Origin: Fidelibacterota bacterium
GTDB lineage: Bacteria > Fidelibacterota > UBA2242
DNA length: 64,000 bases
NCBI GenBank assembly: GCA_049975265.1
Contig: JBNGDF010000002.1
Span: forward strand, 21,528-85,527
Direction: 5' to 3'
The notes under the pieces were generated by a model, which did no database searches, was not told the DNA's origin, and saw only the letters and a program-made list of their open reading frames with translations. This document shows positions 9,224 through 19,800 of the stretch, piece by piece. Position numbers and translations under genes: made by a program. Every line of letters starts with the position of its first letter. Position 1 is the stretch's first letter.

Positions 9224-10363
9224 TTAATGAACAGAAGCAATTCGTCGCCCGACCTCTGTCAACAAATCGCCGGCATTTTGCAGCGCCTGCCGTTCATCTT
9301 TACTAATTTCAGTCAGCGAAAACAGGTGCAGCAAGCCCAACTCCCGGACATCTTCGGAATTGATTTCCAGTTTGCCGGTAACACCGATGACCGGTATGTT
9401 GCAGCGATGGGCGCGCCTGATCACCCCGGAAATTGCCTTGCCCTGCAGACTTTGTCGGTCAATTTTACCCTCGCCGGTGATTACAAGGTCGCAATTTTTA
9501 AGCATCTTCTCAATGTTCACCGTATCCAGGATCAATTCTATTCCACTCGTCAGGGTCGCATCCAGAAATGCAAGCGCACCGGCAGCCAGACCACCGGCGG
9601 CGCCGGTGCCCGGTATTTTGGCAATCTCTCGCCCAAAACACCTCTCCAGCAAATTACTGAACCGACACATATTCTCTTCCAGAACCGGCAAATCTGCCGG
9701 CGTTGCACCCTTCTGCACGGCATAGGTATAGACCGCACCCTCAGGTCCCAACAGCGGATTGGTTACATCACAGGCAATCCGAAAATGACTCTTTTGTATC
9801 GCCGGATGAACTGCATCCGCTGATAATTCCCGGCATTTCCCGATGAATTCGCCATTCAGGCGATCCCGGATTTCAGCACCGGATTCATCGAAAAACCGAT
9901 AGCCTAGCGCCTGCGCCATTCCGGCGCCACAATCAACCGTCGCCGAGCCGCCGATACCGATGATAAAATCCCGTAATCCCTGCTCCATCGCATGCCGGAT
10001 CAGTTGTCCCAGTCCGTAGGTGGTGGTACGAAAAGGATTACGTTCCGCTTCGGGAATCAACATCAGCCCCGCGGCTTGTGCCATCTCTATCACGGTAAAT
10101 CCATCAGCACCGATGAAATAGTGCGCGGTCACCGGTTGTCCCAGCGGACCGGCTATAGCGACAGAAACCAATTCTCCCGGCTGCGTCTGCTGAAACACAT
10201 TTAAAAAACCCTCGCCGCCATCGGATAGCGGCAGCATTTGGACCTGCGCTTCCGGGTGAGCATGTCTGATCCCCTCCGCCAGCGCCGCACAGACCTGCGC
10301 TGATGACAGGCTGCCTTTAAATGAATCAACCGCTATCAGAATATTTTTCGGAATCCGACTCAT
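9224..10363 (-). CDS. glxK: Glycerate kinase (GlxK/GarK family)
   Basis: DSFKGSL, SDGGEG, IEMAQAAG, GIGGSATVDCG, CDVTNPLLG, GAAGG, ITGEGKID. Start at ATG 10363. Confidence 0.9.
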   Translation of the reverse strand: MSRIPKNILIAVDSFKGSLSSAQVCAALAEGIRHAHPEAQVQMLPLSDGGEGFLNVFQQTQPGELVSVAIAGPLGQPVTAHYFIGADGFTVIEMAQAAGLMLIPEAERNPFRTTTYGLGQLIRHAMEQGLRDFIIGIGGSATVDCGAGMAQALGYRFFDESGAEIRDRLNGEFIGKCRELSADAVHPAIQKSHFRIACDVTNPLLGPEGAVYTYAVQKGATPADLPVLEENMCRFSNLLERCFGREIAKIPGTGAAGGLAAGALAFLDATLTSGIELILDTVNIEKMLKNCDLVITGEGKIDRQSLQGKAISGVIRRAHRCNIPVIGVTGKLEINSEDVRELGLLHLFSLTEISKDERQALQNAGDLLTEVGRRIASVH

Positions 10364-10364
10364 C

Positions 10365-12032
10365 TCACCAGGCGGACGCCGCCGACTGCCGCCGCCGGTC
10401 GGGCACACCAATAAAACGGTCATTTTCCCAGTCCACGGCAATGGCGTTCACATCGCCGAGCGCCGTCTGGTATTCAAAATGATACCCTTTTTGTTCCAGC
10501 TTCCGCATCACATCCGGCGAGAAACCGTATTTTTCAACAGTAACCACATCGGGCAGCCACTGGTGATGAAACCGGGGAGCGTCCACCGCCTGCACCAGCG
10601 ACATATCAAAATCAATCAGATTCATCAGGACCTGCGCCACCGACGTGATGATTGTCCCGCCGCCGGGCGTCCCGAGAATCCACATCAGGGAGTCGTTTTT
10701 CGTCACAATCGTCGGCGTCATGGAGCTCAGCATGCGCTTTTCCGGCTGAATGGCGTTCGCTTCGGCGCCGATCAGGCCAAACATATTCGGATAGCCCGGC
10801 TTAATGGAAAAATCGTCCATCTCATTATTCATGAGAATACCCGTTTCCCCGGCGACGAATCCGGAACCGTAGCTGCCGTTCAGCGTCGTGGTTACGGATA
10901 CAGCCCACCCTTCTTTATCCAAAACTGAAAAGTGGGTCGTCTCTTTACTTTCCGAATAAAGAGAATGGCTAACGGCTTGACTAGGTGTCGCTTTTTCCAG
11001 ATCAATGGAAGCAGCAAGCTCCGCCGCCAGCGCCTCACCGATCAGATAATCAACCGGCACATCATAAAAATCGGGATCGCCCAGAAAATGCGCCCGGTTG
11101 GCATACGCCCGGCGTTCCGCCTCGATAACAACCTGCATTGCCAGTGACGATTGAAATCCATATTCCGAAAGGGGAAAATGCTCCACGGTTTTCAGAATCT
11201 GTGCCAGGCAGACACCTCCCGAACTTGGCGGCGGCATGGAAAATATATCATAGCCACGATAGTTAAAATGTACCGGCTCCCGCTCAACGGCTTGATAATG
11301 TTTCAAATCCCACTCGCTGATAATGCCGCCGGCAGCCTGAACACTCCGGGCGATCTCTCTGGCAGTTTTGCCCTGATAAAATTCACGCCACCCTTTGGCA
11401 GCAATTCTTTCGAGAGTATTCGCCAAATCGGTCAAAATCAACAGCTCCCCAATCTCCGGCACTTTTCCTTCGGGATAAAACATAGCGCAGGTCGCGGCAT
11501 ATTTACTCATCCGCTCCTGCCGGTATTTCAAACCGGTGTGGATAAAATAGCTTACCGGAAAACCCTCCCGCGCCAGCCGGACTGCCGGGGTCAATAAATC
11601 CCGCCAGCTCAGCGTCCCGAATTTTGCATGGGCAGTGGCATAACCGGCGACCGAACCGGGCACGCCGGATGCCAGGGCACCGCGGAGACTGAGATTTTCC
11701 ACAGGTTTGCCATTCTCGTCCAGATACATATCGCGCTGTGCTTTGCGCGGCGCCTTCTCGCGGAAATCGAAGGTCGTCACATCCGCTTCAGGGGTGCGCA
11801 CCACCATAAAACCGCCGCCGCCGATATTGCCCGCCGGCGGGTAGACGACCGCCAGCGCAAAGCCCACGGCAATCGCCGCATCCACAGCATTACCACCCTT
11901 TCGCATGATCTCAATACCGACATCAGAGGCAAGCTTCGACGCCGAAACGATCACCCCCCTGCTGCCTACCTGAAAAGTCTGGGCAAATAGCAGCGAGCCA
12001 ATCACAAACCAGAACCCGATTATTCTTCTCAT
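10365..12032 (-). CDS. ggt: Gamma-glutamyltranspeptidase
   Basis: Signal peptide; GGNAVDAA, GNIGGGGF, DFREKAP, catalytic ETTHFS, NNEMDDF, LSSMTP, GTPGG. Confidence 0.95.
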   Translation of the reverse strand: MRRIIGFWFVIGSLLFAQTFQVGSRGVIVSASKLASDVGIEIMRKGGNAVDAAIAVGFALAVVYPPAGNIGGGGFMVVRTPEADVTTFDFREKAPRKAQRDMYLDENGKPVENLSLRGALASGVPGSVAGYATAHAKFGTLSWRDLLTPAVRLAREGFPVSYFIHTGLKYRQERMSKYAATCAMFYPEGKVPEIGELLILTDLANTLERIAAKGWREFYQGKTAREIARSVQAAGGIISEWDLKHYQAVEREPVHFNYRGYDIFSMPPPSSGGVCLAQILKTVEHFPLSEYGFQSSLAMQVVIEAERRAYANRAHFLGDPDFYDVPVDYLIGEALAAELAASIDLEKATPSQAVSHSLYSESKETTHFSVLDKEGWAVSVTTTLNGSYGSGFVAGETGILMNNEMDDFSIKPGYPNMFGLIGAEANAIQPEKRMLSSMTPTIVTKNDSLMWILGTPGGGTIITSVAQVLMNLIDFDMSLVQAVDAPRFHHQWLPDVVTVEKYGFSPDVMRKLEQKGYHFEYQTALGDVNAIAVDWENDRFIGVPDRRRQSAASAW

Positions 12033-12049
12033 AACTCCCCTGTTATTTT

Positions 12050-13039
12050 TTACAAGCGAAAAGCATCTTCAATATGTCTGATCCGCCAGCCGTGTGAATC
12101 GAGGGAAACACCAACCACGTCAAAGCGGCAATCCAGCGCCAGCTCCGGATGCTGCGCAAGATACGCCTCGGCAAGCAAGCCGAGTTGCTCCATTTTGTGC
12201 TCGTCCACCCAGCTTTCCGGCGGACCGAATATCTTCCGGCGCTGCGTCTTAACCTCGACGAAACAGAGTTGCCCGTCCTTCCGGGCGATGATATCGATTT
12301 CACCATAAACGCCGACGTGAAAATTGCGCTGGAGAATCCGAAAGCCCCTGTTATAAAGGTAATACGCCGCCTGATCTTCACCCTGTTTGCCCAGCAGACG
12401 GGAATTTTTAGTCTTTTCCAAATCTATAACATGTTCGGCGACACCGCCAAAGGATTTGCGATGAATCGGACAGGGACCCAACTTTCTGATGGCATCCCGG
12501 TGCTGCTCTGTGCCGTAGCCCTTGTGCCGGGCGAAACCGTAGCCGGGAAAAACCGCGTCCAGCGCCGTCATGATCCGGTCCCGATAGACTTTGGCAACAA
12601 TTGATGCCGCAGCGATGGAATAGCAGATCCGATCACCGCCGACTATTGCCGTCTGCGGATAAATTTTATCCGGTAAACCGCGACCGTCCACCAGAATGTG
12701 ATCAACCTTCCGTTTCAGGCGTCCCAGTGCCTGGCGCATGGCTTTGTGATTCGCCTGCAGAATATTAAGGCGGTCAATTTCAGCCGGTTCGACGACACCG
12801 ATACCGATGGCGGCTGCCCGGCTTTCTATAATATCGTACAACTTCTCACGGCGTCGGGCGGTCAGCTTTTTCGAATCGCGCACCCCCTCAATCATCTCAG
12901 CCGCCGGATCAAAGACCACCGCCGCTGCCACCACCGGACCTGCCAGCGGTCCCCGCCCCGCTTCGTCGATTCCGGCAACCGTGCCTAGACCCGCTTGCCA
13001 TAACTTTTTCTCAAAATCCAGACTAACCACGTCTTGCAT
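12050..13039 (-). CDS. rnhB: Ribonuclease HII fused to a C-terminal YraN (UPF0102) endonuclease-like domain
   Basis: GIDEAGRGPLAGPV, DSKKL, SIAAASIVAKV, HKGYGT, PIHRKSF, then GKQGE...GEIDIIA...FVEVK...RFDVV in the same frame. Confidence 0.9.
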   Translation of the reverse strand: MQDVVSLDFEKKLWQAGLGTVAGIDEAGRGPLAGPVVAAAVVFDPAAEMIEGVRDSKKLTARRREKLYDIIESRAAAIGIGVVEPAEIDRLNILQANHKAMRQALGRLKRKVDHILVDGRGLPDKIYPQTAIVGGDRICYSIAAASIVAKVYRDRIMTALDAVFPGYGFARHKGYGTEQHRDAIRKLGPCPIHRKSFGGVAEHVIDLEKTKNSRLLGKQGEDQAAYYLYNRGFRILQRNFHVGVYGEIDIIARKDGQLCFVEVKTQRRKIFGPPESWVDEHKMEQLGLLAEAYLAQHPELALDCRFDVVGVSLDSHGWRIRHIEDAFRL

Positions 13040-13155
13040 AATAATCGAATTTAAGTGACACGAAGTTGATTGGCAAACCGGATATTCTGAATTGTAAATA
13101 CCGGGATACAGGTCTGTTTTGCCGAAATTCCATTATTTTATCCCTCCACTTTTTC

Positions 13156-13184
13156 TTGACAATGAGTCCGGCGTTAATTAGTTT
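13156..13184 (+). promoter_or_regulatory. Sigma70-type promoter for the OPT operon
   Basis: TTGACA-17 bp-TAGTTT; AGGAGG precedes the TTG start at 13234. Confidence 0.6.
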
Positions 13185-13233
13185 CAAGGCGGAATTTATG
13201 GGTATTATAAAACGATAAGAACAGGAGGTTGAG

Positions 13234-15243
13234 TTGGCTGATCAGAAATTCACACCTTTCGTACCGGAAAATACGGACATGAAAGAGTTAACCTTCAAAG
13301 CCCTCTTTCTGGGTATCATTCTGGCTGTGATTTTAGGCGCTGCCAATGCCTATCTCGGACTCAAAGCCGGCATGACCGTGGCGGCGACATTTCCCGCCGC
13401 GGTAATCTCCATGGCGGTGTTGCGCATTTTCAAGGGCACTATTCTGGAAGAGAACATTGCCCGTACCACCGGTGCCGTCGGCGAAGCCCTGGCAGCCGGC
13501 GCCATTTTCACTTTACCGGCATTCATTATGACCGGCGTCTGGAAAGAATTCAGCTACGTCAGCAGCACTCTGCTGATGCTGGTGGGTGGTATTCTGGGCG
13601 TTTTGCTCGTGATTATTTTGCGGAAAACCATGGTGGAAGACACGACCCTGCCCTATCCCGAAAGCCGCGCCTGCGCCGAGATCGTCAAAGCCGGGCAGGG
13701 CGGTCAGACCGGCGCCAAATATGTATTCGGCTCCATCGGACTGGCAGCCATCATTGAGCTGTTCAAAAATCCAAACGGAATTCCCCTTATAAGAGATACC
13801 GTCAAAGGTTTTCTCCAGTTCGGCGCCTCCAAAATCAGCCTGCTCAACGCCAAATCCCAGGTGATTTCTTCAGGGTTAGCCCGGGCGGAATTCAAACAAA
13901 AGGGCGGTATGCTTCTGCAGAGCCCGGCGGCTTCACCCGCCTTTCTGGGTGTCGGCTATATCATCGGTTTTCGGCTGGCGGCGATTACCTTCTCAGGCGG
14001 CGTCTTCGGATGGCTGTTCATGATGCCGATTGTGCTGTTTTTAATGTACAATAACCTGATACCCTTTATTGACGGCAGTGACAGCTGGATCACCATCGCC
14101 AAAGCCGCCTACAGCAGCACGGTGAAACCGATTGCCGTGGGCGGGATGCTGGTCGGGGCGTTCTATACGCTTTTTAAAATGCGGAAGAGTCTGATCGGCG
14201 GGATTTCGCGGGGTATCTCCGATATCGCCGCCGCCAAGAAGAGCGGCGCGAAGGTCTCCCGTACCGAAAAAGACGCGCCCCTGGGGCTGGTTTTGATCGC
14301 CATCGGTGTTATCATCATCTGCATGATTTTCCTCTATAATTCCTTCACACAACATTTTGGTTCGGCGATTTTGGCGGCGATTGTCATGGGCATCGCCGGA
14401 TTTGTGTTTGCCGCCGTCGCCGGATATCTGGTCGGTATTATCGGAAGCTCCTCTAATCCGATTTCGGGTCTGACCCTGTCAACCCTTCTCATTGCCGCAC
14501 TGCTGATGGTTCTGATCGGCATGAAAGGCAGTCCCGGCGTGGCGGCGGTTCTGGGTGTCGCCTCTGTCGTCTGCTGTGTTGCCGGTGTCGCCGGAGATAT
14601 GATGCAGGACTGGAAAGTGGGACACATTCTGGGTGGCACCCCCTGGCGGATGCAGGTGGGCGGAATGATCGGCGTGGTTGCGGCAGCCCTGGTTCTGGTC
14701 ATTCCGATTATGCTGTTACATCAAGCCAATGGGATCGGCAGCGATGCACTGCCCGCTCCGCAAGCCGGACTGATGGCGATGATGAGTCAGGGAATCGTCG
14801 GTGGCGAGATGGCATGGCCGCTGGTGATCGGCGGGATGTTCTTCGCCATTGCCCTTATCCTGATCGGTTCCCCGTCGCCGATGCTGATCTCCGTCGGTAT
14901 GTACCTGCCGTTTAACACCACCTTTGCCATTTTCGTCGGTGGTCTAATCAAACACATCGCCGATCGGGTCAGTGCAAAAAAGATCGAAACTCAGAAAGAC
15001 CGGGACGTGGTCGACAATACCGGACTTCTAATCGCCAGCGGGCTGGTCGCCGGTGAAGCCCTCGTCGGCATTATTTTAGCCGGACTGGTCGTCGGCAATA
15101 TCAATCTCAGCAAAATTTTCGGGCTGCCGGCGGATTTTCATGGGTTCTGGTGGCTCGGGATTCTGGTCTTCCTGATTCTGGGCTATACGTTGGTGAAATT
15201 TCCCTATGCGGAGCTATTGAAATCGAAGAAAAAAACAGAATAA
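13234..15243 (+). CDS. OPT family oligopeptide transporter
   Basis: ANAYLGLKAGMTVAATFPAAVISM, LEENIART, LPYPE, GSSSNPISG, DMMQDWKVG, LPAPQA, ASGLVAGE; many TM segments. Confidence 0.92.
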   Translation: MADQKFTPFVPENTDMKELTFKALFLGIILAVILGAANAYLGLKAGMTVAATFPAAVISMAVLRIFKGTILEENIARTTGAVGEALAAGAIFTLPAFIMTGVWKEFSYVSSTLLMLVGGILGVLLVIILRKTMVEDTTLPYPESRACAEIVKAGQGGQTGAKYVFGSIGLAAIIELFKNPNGIPLIRDTVKGFLQFGASKISLLNAKSQVISSGLARAEFKQKGGMLLQSPAASPAFLGVGYIIGFRLAAITFSGGVFGWLFMMPIVLFLMYNNLIPFIDGSDSWITIAKAAYSSTVKPIAVGGMLVGAFYTLFKMRKSLIGGISRGISDIAAAKKSGAKVSRTEKDAPLGLVLIAIGVIIICMIFLYNSFTQHFGSAILAAIVMGIAGFVFAAVAGYLVGIIGSSSNPISGLTLSTLLIAALLMVLIGMKGSPGVAAVLGVASVVCCVAGVAGDMMQDWKVGHILGGTPWRMQVGGMIGVVAAALVLVIPIMLLHQANGIGSDALPAPQAGLMAMMSQGIVGGEMAWPLVIGGMFFAIALILIGSPSPMLISVGMYLPFNTTFAIFVGGLIKHIADRVSAKKIETQKDRDVVDNTGLLIASGLVAGEALVGIILAGLVVGNINLSKIFGLPADFHGFWWLGILVFLILGYTLVKFPYAELLKSKKKTE

Positions 15244-15281
15244 AGACAGAAAAATCAACCGGCGGGGAGGGTGGTCTGCCG

Positions 15282-15593
15282 ATGGACAGGCTCATCCCCT
15301 GCCGGCTCGTCAGTTATGAATGTGGTGAGGACGGCAGAGTTATCCTGCTTAAGCCGAAATTCCGGCTTGCGGTTTTCCAGAAATATCTCATGCCGCGGAT
15401 GAAACGTCCCTATTTCCGCGTTTACCTGGACGAAATCGGCAGCTGCGTCTGGAACTATATTGACGGTCAACGCAATGCCCTCGAAATTGCCCGACAACTC
15501 CAGGCGGAACTGGGCGACAAAATCGAACCCGTCTACGAACGCTTCGGGCTGTTTTTACGGCAACTAAAAACCGCAGGATTCATCAGCTATTAA
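15282..15593 (+). CDS. PqqD/RRE-like small protein
   Basis: YFRVYLDEIGSCVWNYIDGQRNALEIARQL...FLRQLKTAGFI winged-helix PqqD pattern. Start set at ATG 15282 after GGAGG. Confidence 0.75.
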   Translation: MDRLIPCRLVSYECGEDGRVILLKPKFRLAVFQKYLMPRMKRPYFRVYLDEIGSCVWNYIDGQRNALEIARQLQAELGDKIEPVYERFGLFLRQLKTAGFISY

Positions 15594-16642
15594 TGAAAAC
15601 CCAAGTGAAAATCAGCGAAGATTTCATCCGGGAGCTGCCGAAAACGGAATTGCACTGTCACCTCGACGGTTCGCTGCGGATTGAAACGATTCTCGATTTA
15701 GCCGAAAAGGACAAGGTTCCCATTCCAACCCGCGATACTGACCAGTTACGCCGGCTGCTGACTGTCACTGAAAATCATATCTCCCTGCCCGAGTACATTA
15801 AAAAATTTGATTTGACGCTTCAATTTCTGCAAACCCCGGAATCGCTGTCCCGGGCGGCTTTTGAACTGGCAGAAGACTGCAGCCGGGAGAATGTCCTCTA
15901 TCTGGAAGTGCGCTACTCACCGATCCTTCACACCAGCCACGGAATGACGCCGATGGAGACGGTGGATGCGGTCATTAAGGGACTCAAACAGGCGGAAGAC
16001 GAATTCAAAATCAAAACCGGCGTCATTATCTGCGGAATCCGCAGCATCTCACCGGAAGTTTCCTACCAGCTAGCCGAGCTGGCGGTGGCGTTCAAAAACC
16101 GGGGTGTCGTCGGTTTTGATCTGGCAGGAGTCGAGGAAAATTTCCCCGCCAAAGACCATAAAGAGGCGTTTTACCTGATTCTTGATAATAATATCAACAC
16201 GACGCTGCATGCCGGCGAGGACTACGGTCCCGAATCCATTCACCAGGCGGTGCACTACTGCGGCGCCCATCGCATCGGACACGGCGTCCGGCTGAAAGAG
16301 GACGGCGACCTGCTGAACTATATCAACGATCACCGCATCGCCCTGGAAATCTGCATGACCAGCAATATCCACACCGGCAGCGTCCAATCCTATGCAAAGC
16401 ACCCATTCAAGTTTTACTACGACTACGGTTTGCGGGTCACATTGAACACCGATAACCGGCTCATCTCCGATACCAATCTGACCAAAGAGTATCTGCTGGC
16501 ACAGCGCTATTTCAATTTGAAGATTGCCGATTTCAAAGAGATCATCATCAACGGTTTCAAAAGCGCCTTCCTCCCGCACCGTGACCGCACCGCAATAATC
16601 CGCCGGATTGCCGATGAACTGGATACCTATGTATCGGTATAG
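15593..16642 (+). CDS. add: Adenosine deaminase
   Basis: LPKTELHCHLDGS, YLEVRYSP, GFDLAG, HAGE, RIGHG, LEICMTSN, NTDN; TAATG overlap with the upstream stop. Confidence 0.9.
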   Translation: MKTQVKISEDFIRELPKTELHCHLDGSLRIETILDLAEKDKVPIPTRDTDQLRRLLTVTENHISLPEYIKKFDLTLQFLQTPESLSRAAFELAEDCSRENVLYLEVRYSPILHTSHGMTPMETVDAVIKGLKQAEDEFKIKTGVIICGIRSISPEVSYQLAELAVAFKNRGVVGFDLAGVEENFPAKDHKEAFYLILDNNINTTLHAGEDYGPESIHQAVHYCGAHRIGHGVRLKEDGDLLNYINDHRIALEICMTSNIHTGSVQSYAKHPFKFYYDYGLRVTLNTDNRLISDTNLTKEYLLAQRYFNLKIADFKEIIINGFKSAFLPHRDRTAIIRRIADELDTYVSV

Positions 16643-16895
16643 CTGGTGCAGATGAACAAAGCGGAGGTTCAATACGGCAATTTTTTTACAAAAACGTACA
16701 CTTTTCTATTGAAATTGATTCCAAAATTTCATAAATAGTCACATATGCTTGGTAAGATAAACTAATTAACTTAATCGGGGATGAAAATCCCGGGTGAAAT
16801 TTGTCATTGTGAAGAAAGGAGGAAAAAAAGAGGAGTTGTGATCGGAAAATCAACGATTTTAGAAAATTTCAATAACAAAAGAGGAGAGAGAGAGA

Positions 16896-19800
16896 ATGAA
16901 AATTCGAATTTTGTTAATCGGCTTGGTACTATTGCTGGCGCTTTCGATTCATTCGTATGCAAATGTATACGCAACGAATGTTGAAGTCAGCAGTAACACA
17001 CTACAAGCCGATGGAACCGCAACCGTCACGATTTCATTTATCCTGAATGAAGCCGCTGACAACGGTGTCGATGTTAAGATATATAACAGCGATACCGATT
17101 TAATTAAGACCATATCACTGGCTACTGCTCCAAAAGGTCTTAATTCCGTTGAATGGGATGGTACTTATACTGATGGTGTAACTATCGCCACACCAGGTGC
17201 TTACTCCATAGAAGTAACCGCCAGTGATGATGGTTACACAGCGTGGACTAAAATCAGTGATGATACGAAAACCGCAATTTATTCGCCACGTGGGATTGCG
17301 GTCAATCGTAATCCGGATAGTCCGTATTTTGGTCGTATCTACGTAACGAATAAAGCCACAGGTACGAGCACAAACACCGGTGCTTTTGAAACTATTCAGG
17401 GGATCCTGATGTACACCCAGGATCAGGAATTAATTGGTCAATCTACCGGTGGAGTAGCATGGCCTTCATCAACAAATGGTTCACCCCATAAGGTGATGGT
17501 TGGGCCTGACGATATGGTGTATGTGGGTGATTATGCAAACGATCGGTTATATGCTTTTGATGCAGAGATAGATGCCACCTCTCAAAAACTAGTGATTGGT
17601 GACTCTAACAAGGAAACAGGACAGTATATAGCCGGTCACTGGGTTGCCGGAACAGGAGCCGACCGCGCCATCTATACAGCAGATGGTCATTATGGTGATT
17701 ATACCGGAATAAAGAAATATGACATAGGACTTAACGACGTCATGCCGGATGGAGAAGTAGGATACGAAATTATTCAACGTCCCAGCGGTCTATATTACCA
17801 GTACGATGTAGAAGTAGGCAGCGACGGAAGTATCTACTTCTGTGAATTCCGCTCAGCCAAGGGTGAACCTTTGGATAAAGACGGTAATCCTATTGACTTA
17901 AAGGCAGCCGGCGAAGCGTATCCTCTCATCAAATATAAGCCCTGGGTAGATGATGGTAGCCAGACACCTTATACCCTTGATGACACTCTATGGACAGTTA
18001 CAAAACAGCTGACTGGTTCGAGAGGGATCGGATTAGATGAACCTCGCAATCGGGTGGCTTTTTGTGATTACTATTCGAACAAGGTTTATATTTTTGATGC
18101 TACTACCGGTGACTTAGTCGAAACGGTCAATTCAACTTTAACAAGAAGCTGGGATGTGGCTTTTGATGCCGCCGGTAACATGTATCTGGTGGATAATTCT
18201 GCTGAATACTGGACGATAACATCACCTCCCGACGGTCCGAACAGCTTTACGACACCGTGCTTGGAAACAGTAACTGTGACAGGACCACCGGATGTAGTCA
18301 TTAATGAATTCGATACTCATACGTCAGCAAAAGAGTATATTGAATTATATAACACAACTGATGCGGCAATTGATCTGGATGCGGGTGGTTATGTACTGGT
18401 TTTTGTTAATGGTTATAACGAAGAGATATACCAGGCCACTGCATTGAACGGTACCATTCCGGCAAAAGGTTATTATGTATTGGCAGAAGCCGGTGTCACC
18501 GATATCGAAGGCTATACACCCGACCAGAACGCTACCTGGACCTCTTTTCAGAATGGTCAGGATGGTGTTGCGCTGGTCAAAGGCGCCAGCGTATCCGCCT
18601 TTACAAATACAGATTATGCAACAACATTAGCCGCTTCCGGAGGAACTCAGATTGATGCAGTCATCTATGGCGGTGATGATGCTGAATTAAACATTGCATT
18701 TGGAACAACAGCAATAAATCTTGAAGCCGGGTCTACTGGCAGTACTTCCCGTAAATCCGATGGACAGGGCGGCGCTGCACCTGCTTACGGCAACGGAGAT
18801 TGGCAGATTCAGGAGAGAACTCCGGGTGCAACCAATAAACTGCCTTTAAAATTAGCCAAAGCTTATCCCACCAGTGGAACGGCTATTACCATCGAGTACA
18901 CTGACAATATGACGACTGTTGATCCGGTAAATTATACTCTGCTTGGAACAGCGGGCGTAACCTTTACATCGGCGACCATTGATCCGGTAGACGCCTCAAT
19001 TGTCGTTCTTGAAGCCGGTGCCGAAATCATGTATGACCTGATCCTGGACACGCTGGTGGATGCCGCCAACACCGATACCGCCGTATTTTACGCCGGCATT
19101 ACACCCATCGGCTGGACCAGTGTCACAAATCCTGCCGGACATATTGAGAATGGACACGTTGCATTATTCCAGGGTTATGTTTCTGCCAATGACGCCTATA
19201 ACAATGTCTGGGTCAATGACGCCGAAGGCGGCGAACACTCCGGTGTCCTGATTTTTGATTACAATTTCGATGCCCTGGTAGCGGTGGGTGACCACATTAC
19301 TTTTCTGGCTGAAAGAACGGAATATAACAATCTCACCGAACTGGTCAGCCCGGTACTTCTCTCGATCAATTCCAGCGGCAATGATCCTTATGGTCCCTTT
19401 GAAATAGCCGGTGCCGATATTGACACCTCTATCGCCGCCGATACCGATCCCGCCGAAAAATGGGAAGGTCAGCTGGTCAAGATTGACAGTGCTGTGGTCA
19501 TATCCGGACCTACAAATTACACTTACTTATGTACTGACGATGACAGCACAACCTACTTTTATGTTGGTGATAATGTTGATTATCATTTAAGTAATGTCGT
19601 TCTGTCCGTTGGCAGCGCCTATGATATTGTCGGAGTGGTGGATTACGACGGAGATTACTATCGAATTAATCCCCGCGGTGCCGATGATATTAAAAAATAT
19701 ATTGCTCCGGGTGAATTGGATATCATCGAAGATTTTGCCACCGCCGACGATATAGCCAACTGGCGCTCCGATAATGAAGGATCTACCGCCAGAGCCCATT

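Noticed and set aside
15150..15281. N-terminal 44 aa of the 147-aa ORF as a RiPP precursor or extension
   Set aside because: It overlaps the OPT gene; a better RBS and ATG lie at 15282, and no modifying enzymes are nearby.
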